Source: an archaeon (GTDB lineage: Archaea; Iainarchaeota; Iainarchaeia; Iainarchaeales; GCA-2688035). From it: a stretch of 28,090 nucleotides of DNA. A program made the translations under genes and the position numbers. This document shows, in pieces, positions 1-9,328 of the stretch (positions are counted from its first letter, which is position 1; the number at the start of each line of letters is the position of its first letter). The stretch is from the NCBI GenBank assembly GCA_035290965.1, contig DATDTD010000081.1, positions 1-28,090 on the forward strand, in the 5' to 3' direction. The notes under the pieces are model-generated. The model did not search any database, was not told the origin of the DNA, and saw nothing but the letters and a program-made list of their open reading frames with translations.

Positions 1-1390
1 GCTCGCGCACCTTTGTTTCCCTGCTCTCTTCAATGCAGAAGCATTTTCCCGCCTCGAAAATTTTCTGGGGATAAATGCAGTGCTTGTTTTTTCCCAGAAA
101 TTCAAGCAGTTCGGGAAGAATGCTTTTTCTGAAAATTTCAAAGTTTTTTGAAACAGGGTTTGCTATTTCCACAAAATCCTGTTCCTTCATTGAAAGTTTT
201 TTTTCCTGCTTTTCCCTGCTTGTCATTGTAAAGGTAAGCACTTCCTGCAATCCCAAGCCAATGCAGATTTCTTTTGTTTTTTCAATGAGCTTTGCTTCTG
301 AACTTTCCTCTCCCGTGCACGGCAGTTCAATCTTCACTGGAACAATTTTGTTATAGCCCGCGCTGATTATTATGTCCTCTATTGCGTCAACTTCATGGAG
401 AATGTCCTGCCTGTATGCGGGATATTCGCATTCGAAAGCTTTTTTTTTCTGCCTTGCATCGTAGCGCGCTTTGCGCAGCAGTTCAATTATCTGCTTTGGT
501 TTCAAATCAAGCCCCGACAATTTTTTTATGCTTTCAAGTTTTACAAGAATTTTTTTTGCCCTGAAATCGGGAGTAAGAATTGTTTTTCCAGGGTATTTTA
601 CTTTAACCGAAAAAACCTCGAAGCCTCTTTCCGCAAGCGCGGAAACCATTACATTTAATGCAGTGTTCACTGTTTCCTGCTGATATCCTGTCACTTCAAC
701 AAAAAGCTCTTTTGTTTCTTCGGAAACTTTTCCCGTTAACTGGGAATTTATTATGGGCGGCATTGAGGCAACTGTTCCCTTGCTGTCCATTAAAATCGGG
801 TATTTTTCAAAGCCCTGCAGAAGATTCGCATATTCCTTTCCTTTCGGATGCTCGAGCAGTATTTCTTCAAGGTCCATTTCAACTTTATATTCAAGGGGAA
901 TGAATTTTTTTTCTCTAGGTTTGAATGCCTTGTAGTGTATTGGCGCCTTTAATTTTTTCCAGTCGTACAGGCCTATTGCGGCTTCCTTTCTTTTTCTTCC
1001 AAAGGTTAGGCAGACTTTTTCCTGCAGCTGAATCATCTGCACAAGGAATTCTTCCGTTACTTTCACTTTCTTCACTATTGCTGCCGCAATGCAGGGCCGT
1101 ATTCCCGCAACGCTTTTATCAACAATCAAGGAAACATTTGATTTTTTTATTTTGTATTTTGGAACCCCGATGTCTTTTGTGTAATGGCTCCGGATTTCGC
1201 GCGCAATTCCTTCAGTGCTTAACAAATCAGGCCTGTTTGTGTCGCTCACTCCGATTGTTAATTTGTCGCCCTCTATCGCATCCAGCTCGCACTTTGCAAA
1301 CTCCAGCGCCTCTTCGAGCTCTTCCTTTCCTGCAAATTTTTTTTTCGCAAGGAATTCCAAATCCTTTTTGCTTGATTCAAGGGAAGGCAT
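1..1390 (-). CDS. pheT: Phenylalanine--tRNA ligase beta subunit, archaeal type. Partial: the C-terminal part lies beyond the window start.
   Basis: This gene is not in the ORF track. Translating the reverse complement by hand from the ATG at 1390..1388 gives MPSLESSKKDLEFLAKKKFAGKEELEEALEFAKCELDAIEGDKLTIGVSDTNRPDLLSTEGIAREIRSHY... and the frame stays open for about 460 codons to position 1. The N-terminal motifs are those of archaeal PheT. GGTGA lies 7 nt upstream of the ATG. It sits directly downstream of pheS on the same strand. Confidence 0.85.
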   Translation of the reverse strand, partial: MPSLESSKKDLEFLAKKKFAGKEELEEALEFAKCELDAIEGDKLTIGVSDTNRPDLLSTEGIAREIRSHYTKDIGVPKYKIKKSNVSLIVDKSVAGIRPCIAAAIVKKVKVTEEFLVQMIQLQEKVCLTFGRKRKEAAIGLYDWKKLKAPIHYKAFKPREKKFIPLEYKVEMDLEEILLEHPKGKEYANLLQGFEKYPILMDSKGTVASMPPIINSQLTGKVSEETKELFVEVTGYQQETVNTALNVMVSALAERGFEVFSVKVKYPGKTILTPDFRAKKILVKLESIKKLSGLDLKPKQIIELLRKARYDARQKKKAFECEYPAYRQDILHEVDAIEDIIISAGYNKIVPVKIELPCTGEESSEAKLIEKTKEICIGLGLQEVLTFTMTSREKQEKKLSMKEQDFVEIANPVSKNFEIFRKSILPELLEFLGKNKHCIYPQKIFEAGKCFCIEESRETKVRE

Positions 1391-1400
1391 TTTTTTTCAC

Positions 1401-1772
1401 CTACAAATTTTCCACTATTCTGCGGAATTCTGCTTCAAGCATTTTGAATCTTTTGTTGCCTGTCCTTTTTTCCTTTTCAAGGTCAACAAGCCGGTCGCAG
1501 ATTTCTTCAAATGCCTCTTTGTCCCTATGTTCCAGCCAGGCCTGCCTTGACCTTCTTTTTGCCCAGCCGGCTATGTCGCTGTAACTGAGATTATATTTTT
1601 TTTTCGCGCCCAAAATCGCTTTTCCGAAAACTCCCGGAGGGAATTTTTTTATTTGTTCAAACATTTCTGCATTTGTTTTTGGAGCGCCTTTCTGCCGTAT
1701 TCTCCTTGGAACCGCTGTTCCTGCGTGCTGCCTGCGGGCCTGCGCAAGCATCCGCCTTCTTGCTGTTCTCAT
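1401..1772 (-). CDS. Hypothetical small basic protein of 123 aa (possibly 88 aa from the internal Met), lying between pheS and pheT.
   Basis: The ORF has an Arg-rich N-terminus (MRTARRRMLAQARRQ) encoded by a local GC-rich patch. It overlaps the pheS stop by 4 nt and ends 8 nt before pheT. I recognise no family. Confidence 0.4.
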   Translation of the reverse strand: MRTARRRMLAQARRQHAGTAVPRRIRQKGAPKTNAEMFEQIKKFPPGVFGKAILGAKKKYNLSYSDIAGWAKRRSRQAWLEHRDKEAFEEICDRLVDLEKEKRTGNKRFKMLEAEFRRIVENL

Positions 1773-3229
1773 TGCACCACCACTCTGCTCTGCCTTAAAA
1801 AATTCAGGTCATCCGAAAACAAATGCCTAATGTCCTTTATGCCAAGCCTTACCATTGCAAGCCTGTCAATTCCGATTCCCCATGCAAGCACGGGCTGTTT
1901 AATCCCGAGAGGAAGAGTAAGTTCCGGCCTGAAGATTCCGCTTCCCCCAAGTTCAATCCATCCAAGGGAGGGATGCTTTACCTTGAGCTCGCAGCTCGGC
2001 TCTGTAAAGGGAAAATAGCTCGGGACAAACCTTACTTTTTCAGTTCCCGCAAATTCGACTGCAAACTGCTTGAGCATTCCGAGCAGTTTCCTGAAATTCA
2101 TTGTTTCGTCAATGATTATTCCTTCCATCTGGTTGAATTCAATCAAATGCGTTGCATCTATAATATCCGGCCTGTAACAGCGCGCAACAGCAAAATATTT
2201 TCCTGGAACTTTAACGCCTTTGACAAGCTGCCTTGCTGAATGCGCCGTACAGTGCGAAGCAGGCATTAATCTTTTCGCTATTTCTGTGCTCCATGAATAC
2301 TGCCATCCTCTGCTTCCTGTTTTCCAGCCGTTTTCATGCGCAGCCTTTACTCTTTCAACTATTTTTTTGTCCGGAAGTTCCCCGAATTTCGGATTCTTCA
2401 ATTGGTATGTATCGGTTCCCTGCCTTGCGGGATGGCTCTGCGACTGGAACAAAACATCAAAATTGTAAAACTCCTGAACTATTGCAGGGGATTCCATTTC
2501 AATAAAGCCAAGCGCAACAAGCTTCTGCCTTGCCTCGTGCAAAAACCCCGCGTAAGGCTGTTTTTTTCCAATGAAAATTTCAGGGACTTTTCCCTGAATA
2601 TCATAAGAGCGCTGTTTTACTTCTCCCAGCAGTTTGAGAATCTCTTTTCCGTGCGCATTGAGCCTTGTCTTTCTCGATGTTTTTTCTGTTTCCTGCACAA
2701 GCCCGCGCTCTTTCAACTCCAAAATTTTTTCTTCGGAAATTTTCTGCTTTTCTGAAATTTTTTCCAGCAGTGCGTGTGTATTTTCGTGCTGGGTTGCCTT
2801 TGCAACCTCTGTAAGCTGTATGCGCGGCTTTTCCCCAGGCATTATTACTATAAAATTTTTTTTCTTGTAATAGCCCAATGCAAAATTGAATTCTTCCTTT
2901 GAGAGAGAGGATTTTTTTTCCAGTTCCTTAAAATCCGCAGTCCCTCCCATTCCCTCAAGCGCTTTCATGAATCTTTCTTCGGGCAGGCCTTTTTCAAGGT
3001 AAGCAGTTCCTTTTTCAGTAAGCGCTGTTTCAGAATGCTTTTCCTCAATTATTTCAAGCAGCTTTTTTTCCTCGAGCCATGCAACCGCCCTTCTCACTGA
3101 ATCAATCTGCAAACCGCTTCTTGCGCTTATTTCCTCGATGCCTGCAAATTCTTGGCTGAGAGCCTTTAGCGCGCCTTTCTCTATTTCGCTCAGTGCCTCC
3201 GCAATTTTTTTCAGTTCCAAAAAAAACAC
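1769..3229 (-). CDS. pheS: Phenylalanine--tRNA ligase alpha subunit, archaeal/eukaryotic type with N-terminal wHTH domains.
   Basis: The 486-aa ORF contains the class II aaRS motifs FNFDVLFQSQSHPARQGTDTYQL and GWIELGGSGIFRPELTLPLGIKQPVLAWGIGIDRLAMVRLGIKDIRHLF. The start is a GTG/TTG cluster preceded by GGTG. Confidence 0.9.
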   Translation of the reverse strand: MFFLELKKIAEALSEIEKGALKALSQEFAGIEEISARSGLQIDSVRRAVAWLEEKKLLEIIEEKHSETALTEKGTAYLEKGLPEERFMKALEGMGGTADFKELEKKSSLSKEEFNFALGYYKKKNFIVIMPGEKPRIQLTEVAKATQHENTHALLEKISEKQKISEEKILELKERGLVQETEKTSRKTRLNAHGKEILKLLGEVKQRSYDIQGKVPEIFIGKKQPYAGFLHEARQKLVALGFIEMESPAIVQEFYNFDVLFQSQSHPARQGTDTYQLKNPKFGELPDKKIVERVKAAHENGWKTGSRGWQYSWSTEIAKRLMPASHCTAHSARQLVKGVKVPGKYFAVARCYRPDIIDATHLIEFNQMEGIIIDETMNFRKLLGMLKQFAVEFAGTEKVRFVPSYFPFTEPSCELKVKHPSLGWIELGGSGIFRPELTLPLGIKQPVLAWGIGIDRLAMVRLGIKDIRHLFSDDLNFLRQSRVVVQ

Positions 3230-3287
3230 CGTTTTTCTGTTCAGTTTACCTTATTTAATAGAAAGAATTAATTTAATATTAATTGCC

Positions 3288-3809
3288 ATGCAAAGCTTTT
3301 TTGCCTTGCACATGAAAAAACTTTTTTTGCTCGACAGTTCAGCAGTCCTGAACGATTTCAATTTTTCATTCGGGAAAGAATCCGAGTATGCCACTACTCC
3401 TGAGATTATTGCGGAATTCCGCGATTTGAGAAGCCGCGCCCTTGTTGATTCCGCACTGCAGCAGGGAATTGTTTCGATTCTTTCCCCTGCACAGGAAAAC
3501 ACTGATTTCATTTTAAAGCTTGCTGCCGAGCACGGCTTCCAGAGGCTTAGCAGGCAGGACATTTCACTGCTTTCCCTTGCAGTCCAATTCAAAAACCATA
3601 AAAAGCGCTTCACTGTGATTACCGATGATTACAGCATACAGAATTTCTGCAAGCTCCTCAAAATAAATTTTGAGGGAGTGCTGCATGAAAAAATAAAAAA
3701 AGTGATTTCCTACAAAACAGTGTGCGCAAACTGCGGAAAGGAATTTCCGAACGATACAAATCTGAAAAAATGCGATGTCTGCAATTCAAGGCTGAAAAAG
3801 CTCCGCTGA
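3288..3809 (+). CDS. nob1: PIN-domain endonuclease with a C-terminal zinc ribbon, Nob1-like (rRNA 3'-end processing).
   Basis: It has the PIN signature MKKLFLLDSSAVLND...VITDD and ends with CANCGKEF...CDVCNS (C4 ribbon). The ORF-track start at 3138 overlaps pheS, so the likely start is the ATG at 3288 or 3312. Confidence 0.55.
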   Translation: MQSFFALHMKKLFLLDSSAVLNDFNFSFGKESEYATTPEIIAEFRDLRSRALVDSALQQGIVSILSPAQENTDFILKLAAEHGFQRLSRQDISLLSLAVQFKNHKKRFTVITDDYSIQNFCKLLKINFEGVLHEKIKKVISYKTVCANCGKEFPNDTNLKKCDVCNSRLKKLR

Positions 3810-3820
3810 AAAACCCGCGC

Positions 3821-3993
3821 TCATCTGATTGCGTAAAGGAGAAGCGCAAAAAGCCCGAATCCAACAAGCGAGATTATTCCGCCGAAGAATTCCCTGCCAA
3901 GCAACATTGCGAGCAGGACAAGTGCAATAAAAAGTATAAGCGCATTCCTTAGTGCGTGAAAAATTCTTTTTCCTTCTGATTTTTCTTCAGCCA
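3821..3993 (-). CDS. Small hydrophobic membrane protein, about 57 aa from the internal ATG.
   Basis: The sequence is MAEEKSEGKRIFHALRNALILFIALVLLAMLLGREFFGGIISLVGFGLFALLLYAIR with two predicted TM helices. A GAGGCGG SD-like element lies upstream of the ATG at 3993. Confidence 0.35.
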
Positions 3994-4005
3994 TTTTTCC
4001 GCCTC

Positions 4006-4350
4006 TCAAATAAAGAAAGTGAAAAGAAATGAAAAAACAAAAAAGCTTGCCCACAACAAGCTAGTTTTGTGTTTTTCAATTGCAGTTCCCGCAATAAAAA
4101 AATCAATGGCTATGACAAAGGGAATCATGAAAAGGAATGGGGCAAAGCCGATTTTCCAGACTCCGAAAATATCAGTAACAATCCAGAGCGCCCCGACAAT
4201 GAAAAGAAAATTCCTCAGCAATTTTTTTCCGTCATATGCAATGAAGACATACACGGCAAGAAGAAAAACCCAGAGCAGATTGTTCATTATCAAATCTGCG
4301 ATCCATGCAAAATCCAGGCTGATTAAATGAGACAAAAATTCAAGGAACAT
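4006..4350 (-). CDS. Integral membrane protein, about 114 aa.
   Basis: There are three to four hydrophobic helices (LLWVFLLAVYVFIAY, FLFIVGALWIVTDIFGVW, FLFMIPFVIAIDFFIAG). The track starts at TTG 4368, so the ATG at 4350 is more likely. Confidence 0.45.
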   Translation of the reverse strand: MFLEFLSHLISLDFAWIADLIMNNLLWVFLLAVYVFIAYDGKKLLRNFLFIVGALWIVTDIFGVWKIGFAPFLFMIPFVIAIDFFIAGTAIEKHKTSLLWASFFVFSFLFTFFI

Positions 4351-4407
4351 GAAACAATTCGGATTCAAAAAGATTTAAAACATACTCATTAACTGAAAAA
4401 GGTTAAT

Positions 4408-5226
4408 TTACTGTTCCTTTTCCTCTTCCACTGCCTCTTCCTTTCCCCCCAATTTGGAGTTTTCAACTATGTAATTTTCTATTTTTTCTGAAATTGTTTT
4501 TCTTTTCCTGAGGACAATTGCGATTATTATTATCGCGATTATTACGAACACTATGAAAAGCGGGCTGCCTACAAGAGAGGCAATGCTCTGGCTCAGGTTT
4601 ATGCTCGCAATCTGCTTTACAATGTGATAATTAAGCTGGAGTACATTGGAACTTTTGTAGCCCTGCCATGTGACAGTGTTTGCGCTTGCCGCAGCCTCTG
4701 GCTTTATCGGGGCTTCTATTTCGGAAAAATTCGGCAATTGGACTGATATTGAAGTTCCTTCGGGAATAACGAACACTCCGCCCTGCAGAAACTGCCCGAA
4801 AAACTTGCTCAAAAGCGAGAATTCTATTATCCTGCTTGTTTCGACTTTTTTTTCCGCAACAGGCTGGCTCAATGAATATTTTATTTCAAGGTATTTTGAA
4901 TTGTTTTCAACAAAGCCAACTTCTGCCCTGTTCAATTCGTTTTCATTCCCTATGTGCGGAAAAATCCTGCTGTCAAACGCCTTCCAGGCGTCAAGGCTAA
5001 TCCCTATTTCCGCGTTTTTCTGCCGGAATTCCTGCAACTGCGCGTCAGTCGGAAACTGCAAAAAGAATTTTTCGCTTATTGCCGCAAAGCCGTACTCGTC
5101 TATTTCAAGGTTCATAGTATGCGAAACAATCGAATAATACTGCGCCTGCCCAAAGCCCGCAAAAAAAAACAGTGCAAGCGCGAACGCAATAAGAATTCCT
5201 TTTTTCATTCCAAGCAGCCCTTTCAA
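4408..5226 (-). CDS. Secreted protein with an N-terminal signal peptide and a C-terminal TM anchor with an acidic tail.
   Basis: The N-terminus MKKGILIAFALALFFFAGFGQA is a signal peptide. The C-terminus is LFIVFVIIAIIIIAIVLRKRK followed by an EE-rich tail. It is the first gene of a three-gene minus-strand cluster of small membrane proteins. Confidence 0.55.
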   Translation of the reverse strand: MKGLLGMKKGILIAFALALFFFAGFGQAQYYSIVSHTMNLEIDEYGFAAISEKFFLQFPTDAQLQEFRQKNAEIGISLDAWKAFDSRIFPHIGNENELNRAEVGFVENNSKYLEIKYSLSQPVAEKKVETSRIIEFSLLSKFFGQFLQGGVFVIPEGTSISVQLPNFSEIEAPIKPEAAASANTVTWQGYKSSNVLQLNYHIVKQIASINLSQSIASLVGSPLFIVFVIIAIIIIAIVLRKRKTISEKIENYIVENSKLGGKEEAVEEEKEQ

Positions 5227-5347
5227 AGCGGATAATTGTATATTCTATTAAAGCAAAATTGTTTAATAACCTTTTTTTTGCTTCAATTGCCGTTCTGCAA
5301 AGGTTCTGTTTATAAAATATCTTTCCGACTATTTCTTTAGTGAGCGC

Positions 5348-6040
5348 ATGGTCGAATTGCAGTATTTCGGGCACTCCTTTTTCAAGGTTTCGTTCGGCAA
5401 GCACAACATACTCATAGACCCCTACATAAATTCGGAATGCAAGGACCCCCAGTTCAAAAGGCTCGTTGCCTGCAAGGCACCCCAGGCGCAATTGAAGGAC
5501 ATTTCGCTTATTTTAATTTCGCACGAGCACTTCGACCATTTCGACAAAAAGCTCATAGAGCACGTTGCAGTGCGGGAAAACGCCTGCGTTGTCGCACACG
5601 AGGAAATCCTCAACGAGCTCAATCTTCCGAAGCATCTGGGGCATACAATTACAATGAACCAGACTATTTCACTGCGCGACGTGCAGATAACAGCAACTCC
5701 CGCGCACCATCCCAACAGCTTCTATCCCCTCGGCTTTTTGATTTCATACAACGGAAAAAAACTTTATCATGCAGGGGACACTGAACTGCTTGACGATTTT
5801 TCGCAAATCAAATCAGACATTGCTTTGCTGCCAATCGGCGGAGACCTTACAATGGACTGCGTGGATGCCATCCGCGCAGTGAAAACAATAAAGCCGAAAT
5901 TCGTTGTGCCCATGCATTACAACACTTTCAAAATGATTCAGCAGGATCCCAAAGAGTTTCAGCAGAAAATTGAACAGAGCGTCCTGAAAACAAAAGTAGT
6001 CATAATGAAGCCCGGGCAGAAAAAAAAATTCGCTATTTAA
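5348..6040 (+). CDS. Metallo-beta-lactamase-fold metal-dependent hydrolase (UPF0173-like).
   Basis: The HxHxDH motif appears as ISHEHFDHFD, with downstream H and D ligands (HAGDTELL, PMHYNTF). Confidence 0.8.
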   Translation: MVELQYFGHSFFKVSFGKHNILIDPYINSECKDPQFKRLVACKAPQAQLKDISLILISHEHFDHFDKKLIEHVAVRENACVVAHEEILNELNLPKHLGHTITMNQTISLRDVQITATPAHHPNSFYPLGFLISYNGKKLYHAGDTELLDDFSQIKSDIALLPIGGDLTMDCVDAIRAVKTIKPKFVVPMHYNTFKMIQQDPKEFQQKIEQSVLKTKVVIMKPGQKKKFAI

Positions 6041-6112
6041 CTCCCGCAGGCAGCAGCGCTTTTTCCAATGCGCACTTTTTTATATTCCAAAGCAATATTC
6101 TTAACGAGCAGA

Positions 6113-9100
6113 ATGAAAAAAACACTCCTGATTGCACTGATTATTGCTTTGATGATTCTTTCTATTGCCACTGTTTCGGCAGGCTACCCGATCTTTCAGA
6201 CAGTCGGGCGCACAGGCCACTCCTTTCAGGGATTTGGAAGCACAAGCTGTGCTTTAGCAATGGACTTGGGAAATCTTTCACAGCAAAACAGCACAAGCTG
6301 GAATCCCCTTGTAAATTTTGCAGGGCCGTTTGCAGGCGAAGGGGTTCCATTTGCATGGGACAGCACTGCTGACTGCGGCAGCACATGCGAATCTGGATGC
6401 GAGCAAAAAACCCGCCAGTACTATGCTTTCGGGGAAGAAAAACAAATCAATACCATAGTGCCGACCGGCGATGCTGTGGCACCAACCGCCGACTATTATT
6501 CTATGCATTCATCTGCAAAAAAAACTATTTCAGGCACAGACGAAGTAACCAACTATACCCCTCCACCTTGCGACCCAGAGTACGAGGAATGCACTCCGCC
6601 ATGCACACAATGGTCAGTCGGTAGTAAGGATTTTGCAGATTATTTCCACATAGGCAACCAAGGAACCCAGCTGAGAGGAGGGGGCTCTGAAAAATGGAAT
6701 GGCCCAGATCCTTACGACTCATACCCCTACAGTCCTCTAAAAGCCTGTGATGTAACCCAGGTTACTATTCCAAAAACAATTCCTGCAGGAGGGCTCTGCT
6801 TTAAAACTCCTGTTCAAATCACTGATTATTCTGTTTACATGTTTCCGGATAGTTTAATCGGCTGGCCCGGCGGGCTTTGTGATGAAATGCCTTATCCCAA
6901 CAACGGAAGCTATGTGGACACTTACGCAAAAACAAATACATCAGACAATCTTATGGGCGCAAGCGTATGCAGTCTGTCTTCTGCCGACTGTACACTTTCA
7001 GACCCGTATGGTCCATATGCTAACTGGACTACCACATTCTGCCGCAAGTACGAATCCATACAACAAAACACAGAACCTCCGGAAACAGAATCTTCCTATG
7101 CAAGAACTGTCGAGAGCTTAAGCATTACAGTGGACAAAGAAGGCATCTGCAATAGCACTGATGATCCTTCAGCCACTGATAATGCTTATCAGGCCATAAC
7201 GAGAAGATGTTCGCTTGACGAAAAGGGATCTCTAACATCAGTTTCCCGCAATGACATCGGCAACTGGCGCTCTTTTGAAAAAAGCTTTGTTTACGAAAGC
7301 GGCTGCGCAGAGGGCGAATACTGCAATATTCAAACCGGAGACTGCACAAAATATGATTTCCCGGAAACAGGAAAGCATTTCGGATGCAATGCAAGCCAGC
7401 AGTGCGTGCAGATTGACGGGGAAGGAACTGACACATGCAGGGGAAACCAGGACTGCCAGTCAGCGTCGCACACTGTCTGCAATAGTTCCAAGGCATGCGA
7501 GTCTGTTCCAGGCGCGGGAATTTCGCTCTGCGGTTCTAATGCCGACTGCCAGACAACGCACACTTCCTGCTTCGGCGGAGCATGCATTCAAATTAACGGC
7601 GCGGGCAGCGACGAATGCGCGGAAAATTCCGACTGTACTGCTTCACACACTGAATGCAATGCGCAGAAGCAATGCGAAACAGTTCCCGGAGCAGGAACAA
7701 ACAAGTGCTTTACAAGCGGCGACTGTGAAAAAACAAGCCACACTGAATGCAGCGGCAACACCTGCCAGCCTGTTTTAGGAGCAGGTGCAGACCAGTGCAC
7801 TTCAGGCAGTTGTTCTTCAGCACCGCAGCACTTTGCATGCAATTCTTCGGCGAAGAAATGCGAGCTTGTTCCAGGAGAAGGCCCAAACACCTGTTCAACT
7901 GATTTGGAATGCGAGAAAACACAGCATCTCGCCTGCCAAGAAGGGCAGTTCTGCAATCTTGTTGAGGGAGATGGTGCGGATGAATGCACAAGCGGTTATG
8001 ACTGCCTGAAAACAAAACATACAGAATGCAAGAACAATTCCTGCGTATCTGTCGATGGACCGGGCGCGGATTCCTGCTTCAATGACTGGAGCTGCAGCCT
8101 GCAGCACACGGAATGCAACGGCCAAAAGCAGTGCGTAAGTGTTCCCGGCATAGGTGGAAACAACTGCGGCAGCAATGCCGACTGCACAGGAGAAACCCAC
8201 TTGGGATGCGATGGTGAGCAGTGCGTTCCGCTTCCGGGGGGAGGAACAGACAATTGTTTTAATGCTTCAGACTGCGGCGATACCCACACAGAATGCCAGA
8301 ACAATTCCTGCGTTACAGTTCCTGGGGGTGGCATTGACAAATGCGGTTCGGATCCTGACTGCGCTCCGTATTATACAAAGTGCGACAGGGAGCAGGGAAC
8401 ATGCCTTACAATTGCGGGAACAGGCATAAGCGAATGCGGAACAGATGCTGAGTGCGACTGGCATTTGGGATGCAATGACAACCAGAAATGCGTTCCGGTT
8501 GTCGGAGCGGGAGAAGATGTATGCGACAGCGACCGCCAATGCGAACCAGGGCATACTATCTGTCAGGATTATACCTGTGTTGTTGATCCTGAAGACGGGC
8601 AGGACGAGTGTGCGGGACCAGCGCAGTGCAATCCCGAAAGTTATCTTGCCTGCAGTAATCAGTCATGCATATGGACTCCAAAAATTAACGGCAATGAAAA
8701 AAACGAATGCCTGAGCAGTGCTGACTGCACAAACACCTGCGGCAACGGAAAAGTGCAGCCGCTTTTGGGGGAACAGTGTGATCCTGAAGCTGATTTGACC
8801 GGCTGTGCCGCAAACGAAACCTGCAGCACGAGCACCTGCCAGTGTGTCCCCCAAAGAATACAGAAAGCACGCATAGCTTCTTTCAGCATAAACCCCGAAG
8901 CAATAACGCAGGGGGATAATGCAACTGACATGACTGCAGTGATTGAAAAGCTTTCAACAGACACGACTGACTGCAAGCTTTCAGTTTATATTTTTGATTC
9001 GAAAAATGCGCAGGCCGTGGGCCCTTTTACAAAGCAGAATATCCTTTTTTCCGGCAATCTCGCAACAGTAATCTTTAACGGTACTGCAACCCCCCCTGCA

Positions 9101-9316
9101 ACGCAGCCGGATTTTGATTTTACTGCCCTTGCTGAAGGGGTTTACAACGGAATCGCTTCCCTTAACTGCGATAATGAACAGCAGGGTTCTGCTTCCGATA
9201 CATTTTCTGTTTTCAGGAAGCGCCTCATGGACGTGCCTGAAACAAATTGGGTTGGAATGCTTGCTGTTTTGTTCGGCACATTGCTTGTAATAGGAATTGC
9301 AAATAGAAAAAAATAG
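6113..9316 (+). CDS. Large secreted, cysteine-rich tandem-repeat surface protein with a C-terminal TM anchor; probable glycoprotein or adhesin.
   Basis: The signal peptide is MKKTLLIALIIALMILSIATVSA. Many NxS/T sequons follow. There are about 14 tandem modules of roughly 30 aa with a 4-Cys pattern H-T-x-C-x(3-5)-C-x-x-V-P-G-x-G-x-[DN]-x-C-x(4)-D-C. The C-terminus is WVGMLAVLFGTLLVIGIANRKK. A T8 tract follows immediately after the stop. Confidence 0.8.
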   Translation: MKKTLLIALIIALMILSIATVSAGYPIFQTVGRTGHSFQGFGSTSCALAMDLGNLSQQNSTSWNPLVNFAGPFAGEGVPFAWDSTADCGSTCESGCEQKTRQYYAFGEEKQINTIVPTGDAVAPTADYYSMHSSAKKTISGTDEVTNYTPPPCDPEYEECTPPCTQWSVGSKDFADYFHIGNQGTQLRGGGSEKWNGPDPYDSYPYSPLKACDVTQVTIPKTIPAGGLCFKTPVQITDYSVYMFPDSLIGWPGGLCDEMPYPNNGSYVDTYAKTNTSDNLMGASVCSLSSADCTLSDPYGPYANWTTTFCRKYESIQQNTEPPETESSYARTVESLSITVDKEGICNSTDDPSATDNAYQAITRRCSLDEKGSLTSVSRNDIGNWRSFEKSFVYESGCAEGEYCNIQTGDCTKYDFPETGKHFGCNASQQCVQIDGEGTDTCRGNQDCQSASHTVCNSSKACESVPGAGISLCGSNADCQTTHTSCFGGACIQINGAGSDECAENSDCTASHTECNAQKQCETVPGAGTNKCFTSGDCEKTSHTECSGNTCQPVLGAGADQCTSGSCSSAPQHFACNSSAKKCELVPGEGPNTCSTDLECEKTQHLACQEGQFCNLVEGDGADECTSGYDCLKTKHTECKNNSCVSVDGPGADSCFNDWSCSLQHTECNGQKQCVSVPGIGGNNCGSNADCTGETHLGCDGEQCVPLPGGGTDNCFNASDCGDTHTECQNNSCVTVPGGGIDKCGSDPDCAPYYTKCDREQGTCLTIAGTGISECGTDAECDWHLGCNDNQKCVPVVGAGEDVCDSDRQCEPGHTICQDYTCVVDPEDGQDECAGPAQCNPESYLACSNQSCIWTPKINGNEKNECLSSADCTNTCGNGKVQPLLGEQCDPEADLTGCAANETCSTSTCQCVPQRIQKARIASFSINPEAITQGDNATDMTAVIEKLSTDTTDCKLSVYIFDSKNAQAVGPFTKQNILFSGNLATVIFNGTATPPATQPDFDFTALAEGVYNGIASLNCDNEQQGSASDTFSVFRKRLMDVPETNWVGMLAVLFGTLLVIGIANRKK
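7370..8850 (+). repeat. In-frame tandem array of about 14 degenerate four-cysteine modules of roughly 90 nt inside the surface-protein gene.
   Basis: Example modules are HTVCNSSKACESVPGAGISLCGSNADCQTT, HTECNAQKQCETVPGAGTNKCFTSGDCEKTS and HTECNGQKQCVSVPGIGGNNCGSNADCTGET. The nucleotide copies have diverged, so this is not a recent duplication. Confidence 0.7.
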
Positions 9317-9324
9317 TTTTTTTT
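9317..9324 (+). terminator. T8 tract directly after the stop of the surface-protein gene.
   Basis: The sequence is tag followed by tttttttt. Confidence 0.35.
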
Positions 9325-9328
9325 AATC

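Noticed and set aside
925-1584. Plus-strand ORFs of 219 aa and 111 aa over the left end of the window.
   Set aside because: They are low-complexity, Leu/Phe/Ser-rich translations antisense to the clean pheT reading frame, so they are shadow ORFs.
3138-3287. 5' extension of the Nob1-like ORF overlapping the pheS start.
   Set aside because: The extension (MPANSWLRAFSAPFSISLS...) is low complexity and overlaps the divergent pheS coding region. Internal ATGs at 3288 or 3312 give a standard PIN N-terminus.
6162-8976. Many 60-175-aa ORFs on both strands inside 6068..9316 (e.g. 7251..7778 +, 7588..7989 -, 7996..8340 -).
   Set aside because: They are alternative-frame or antisense shadows of the long Cys-repeat gene. 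The GC-rich repetitive codons (TGC/GGC/GCA) keep off-frames open.
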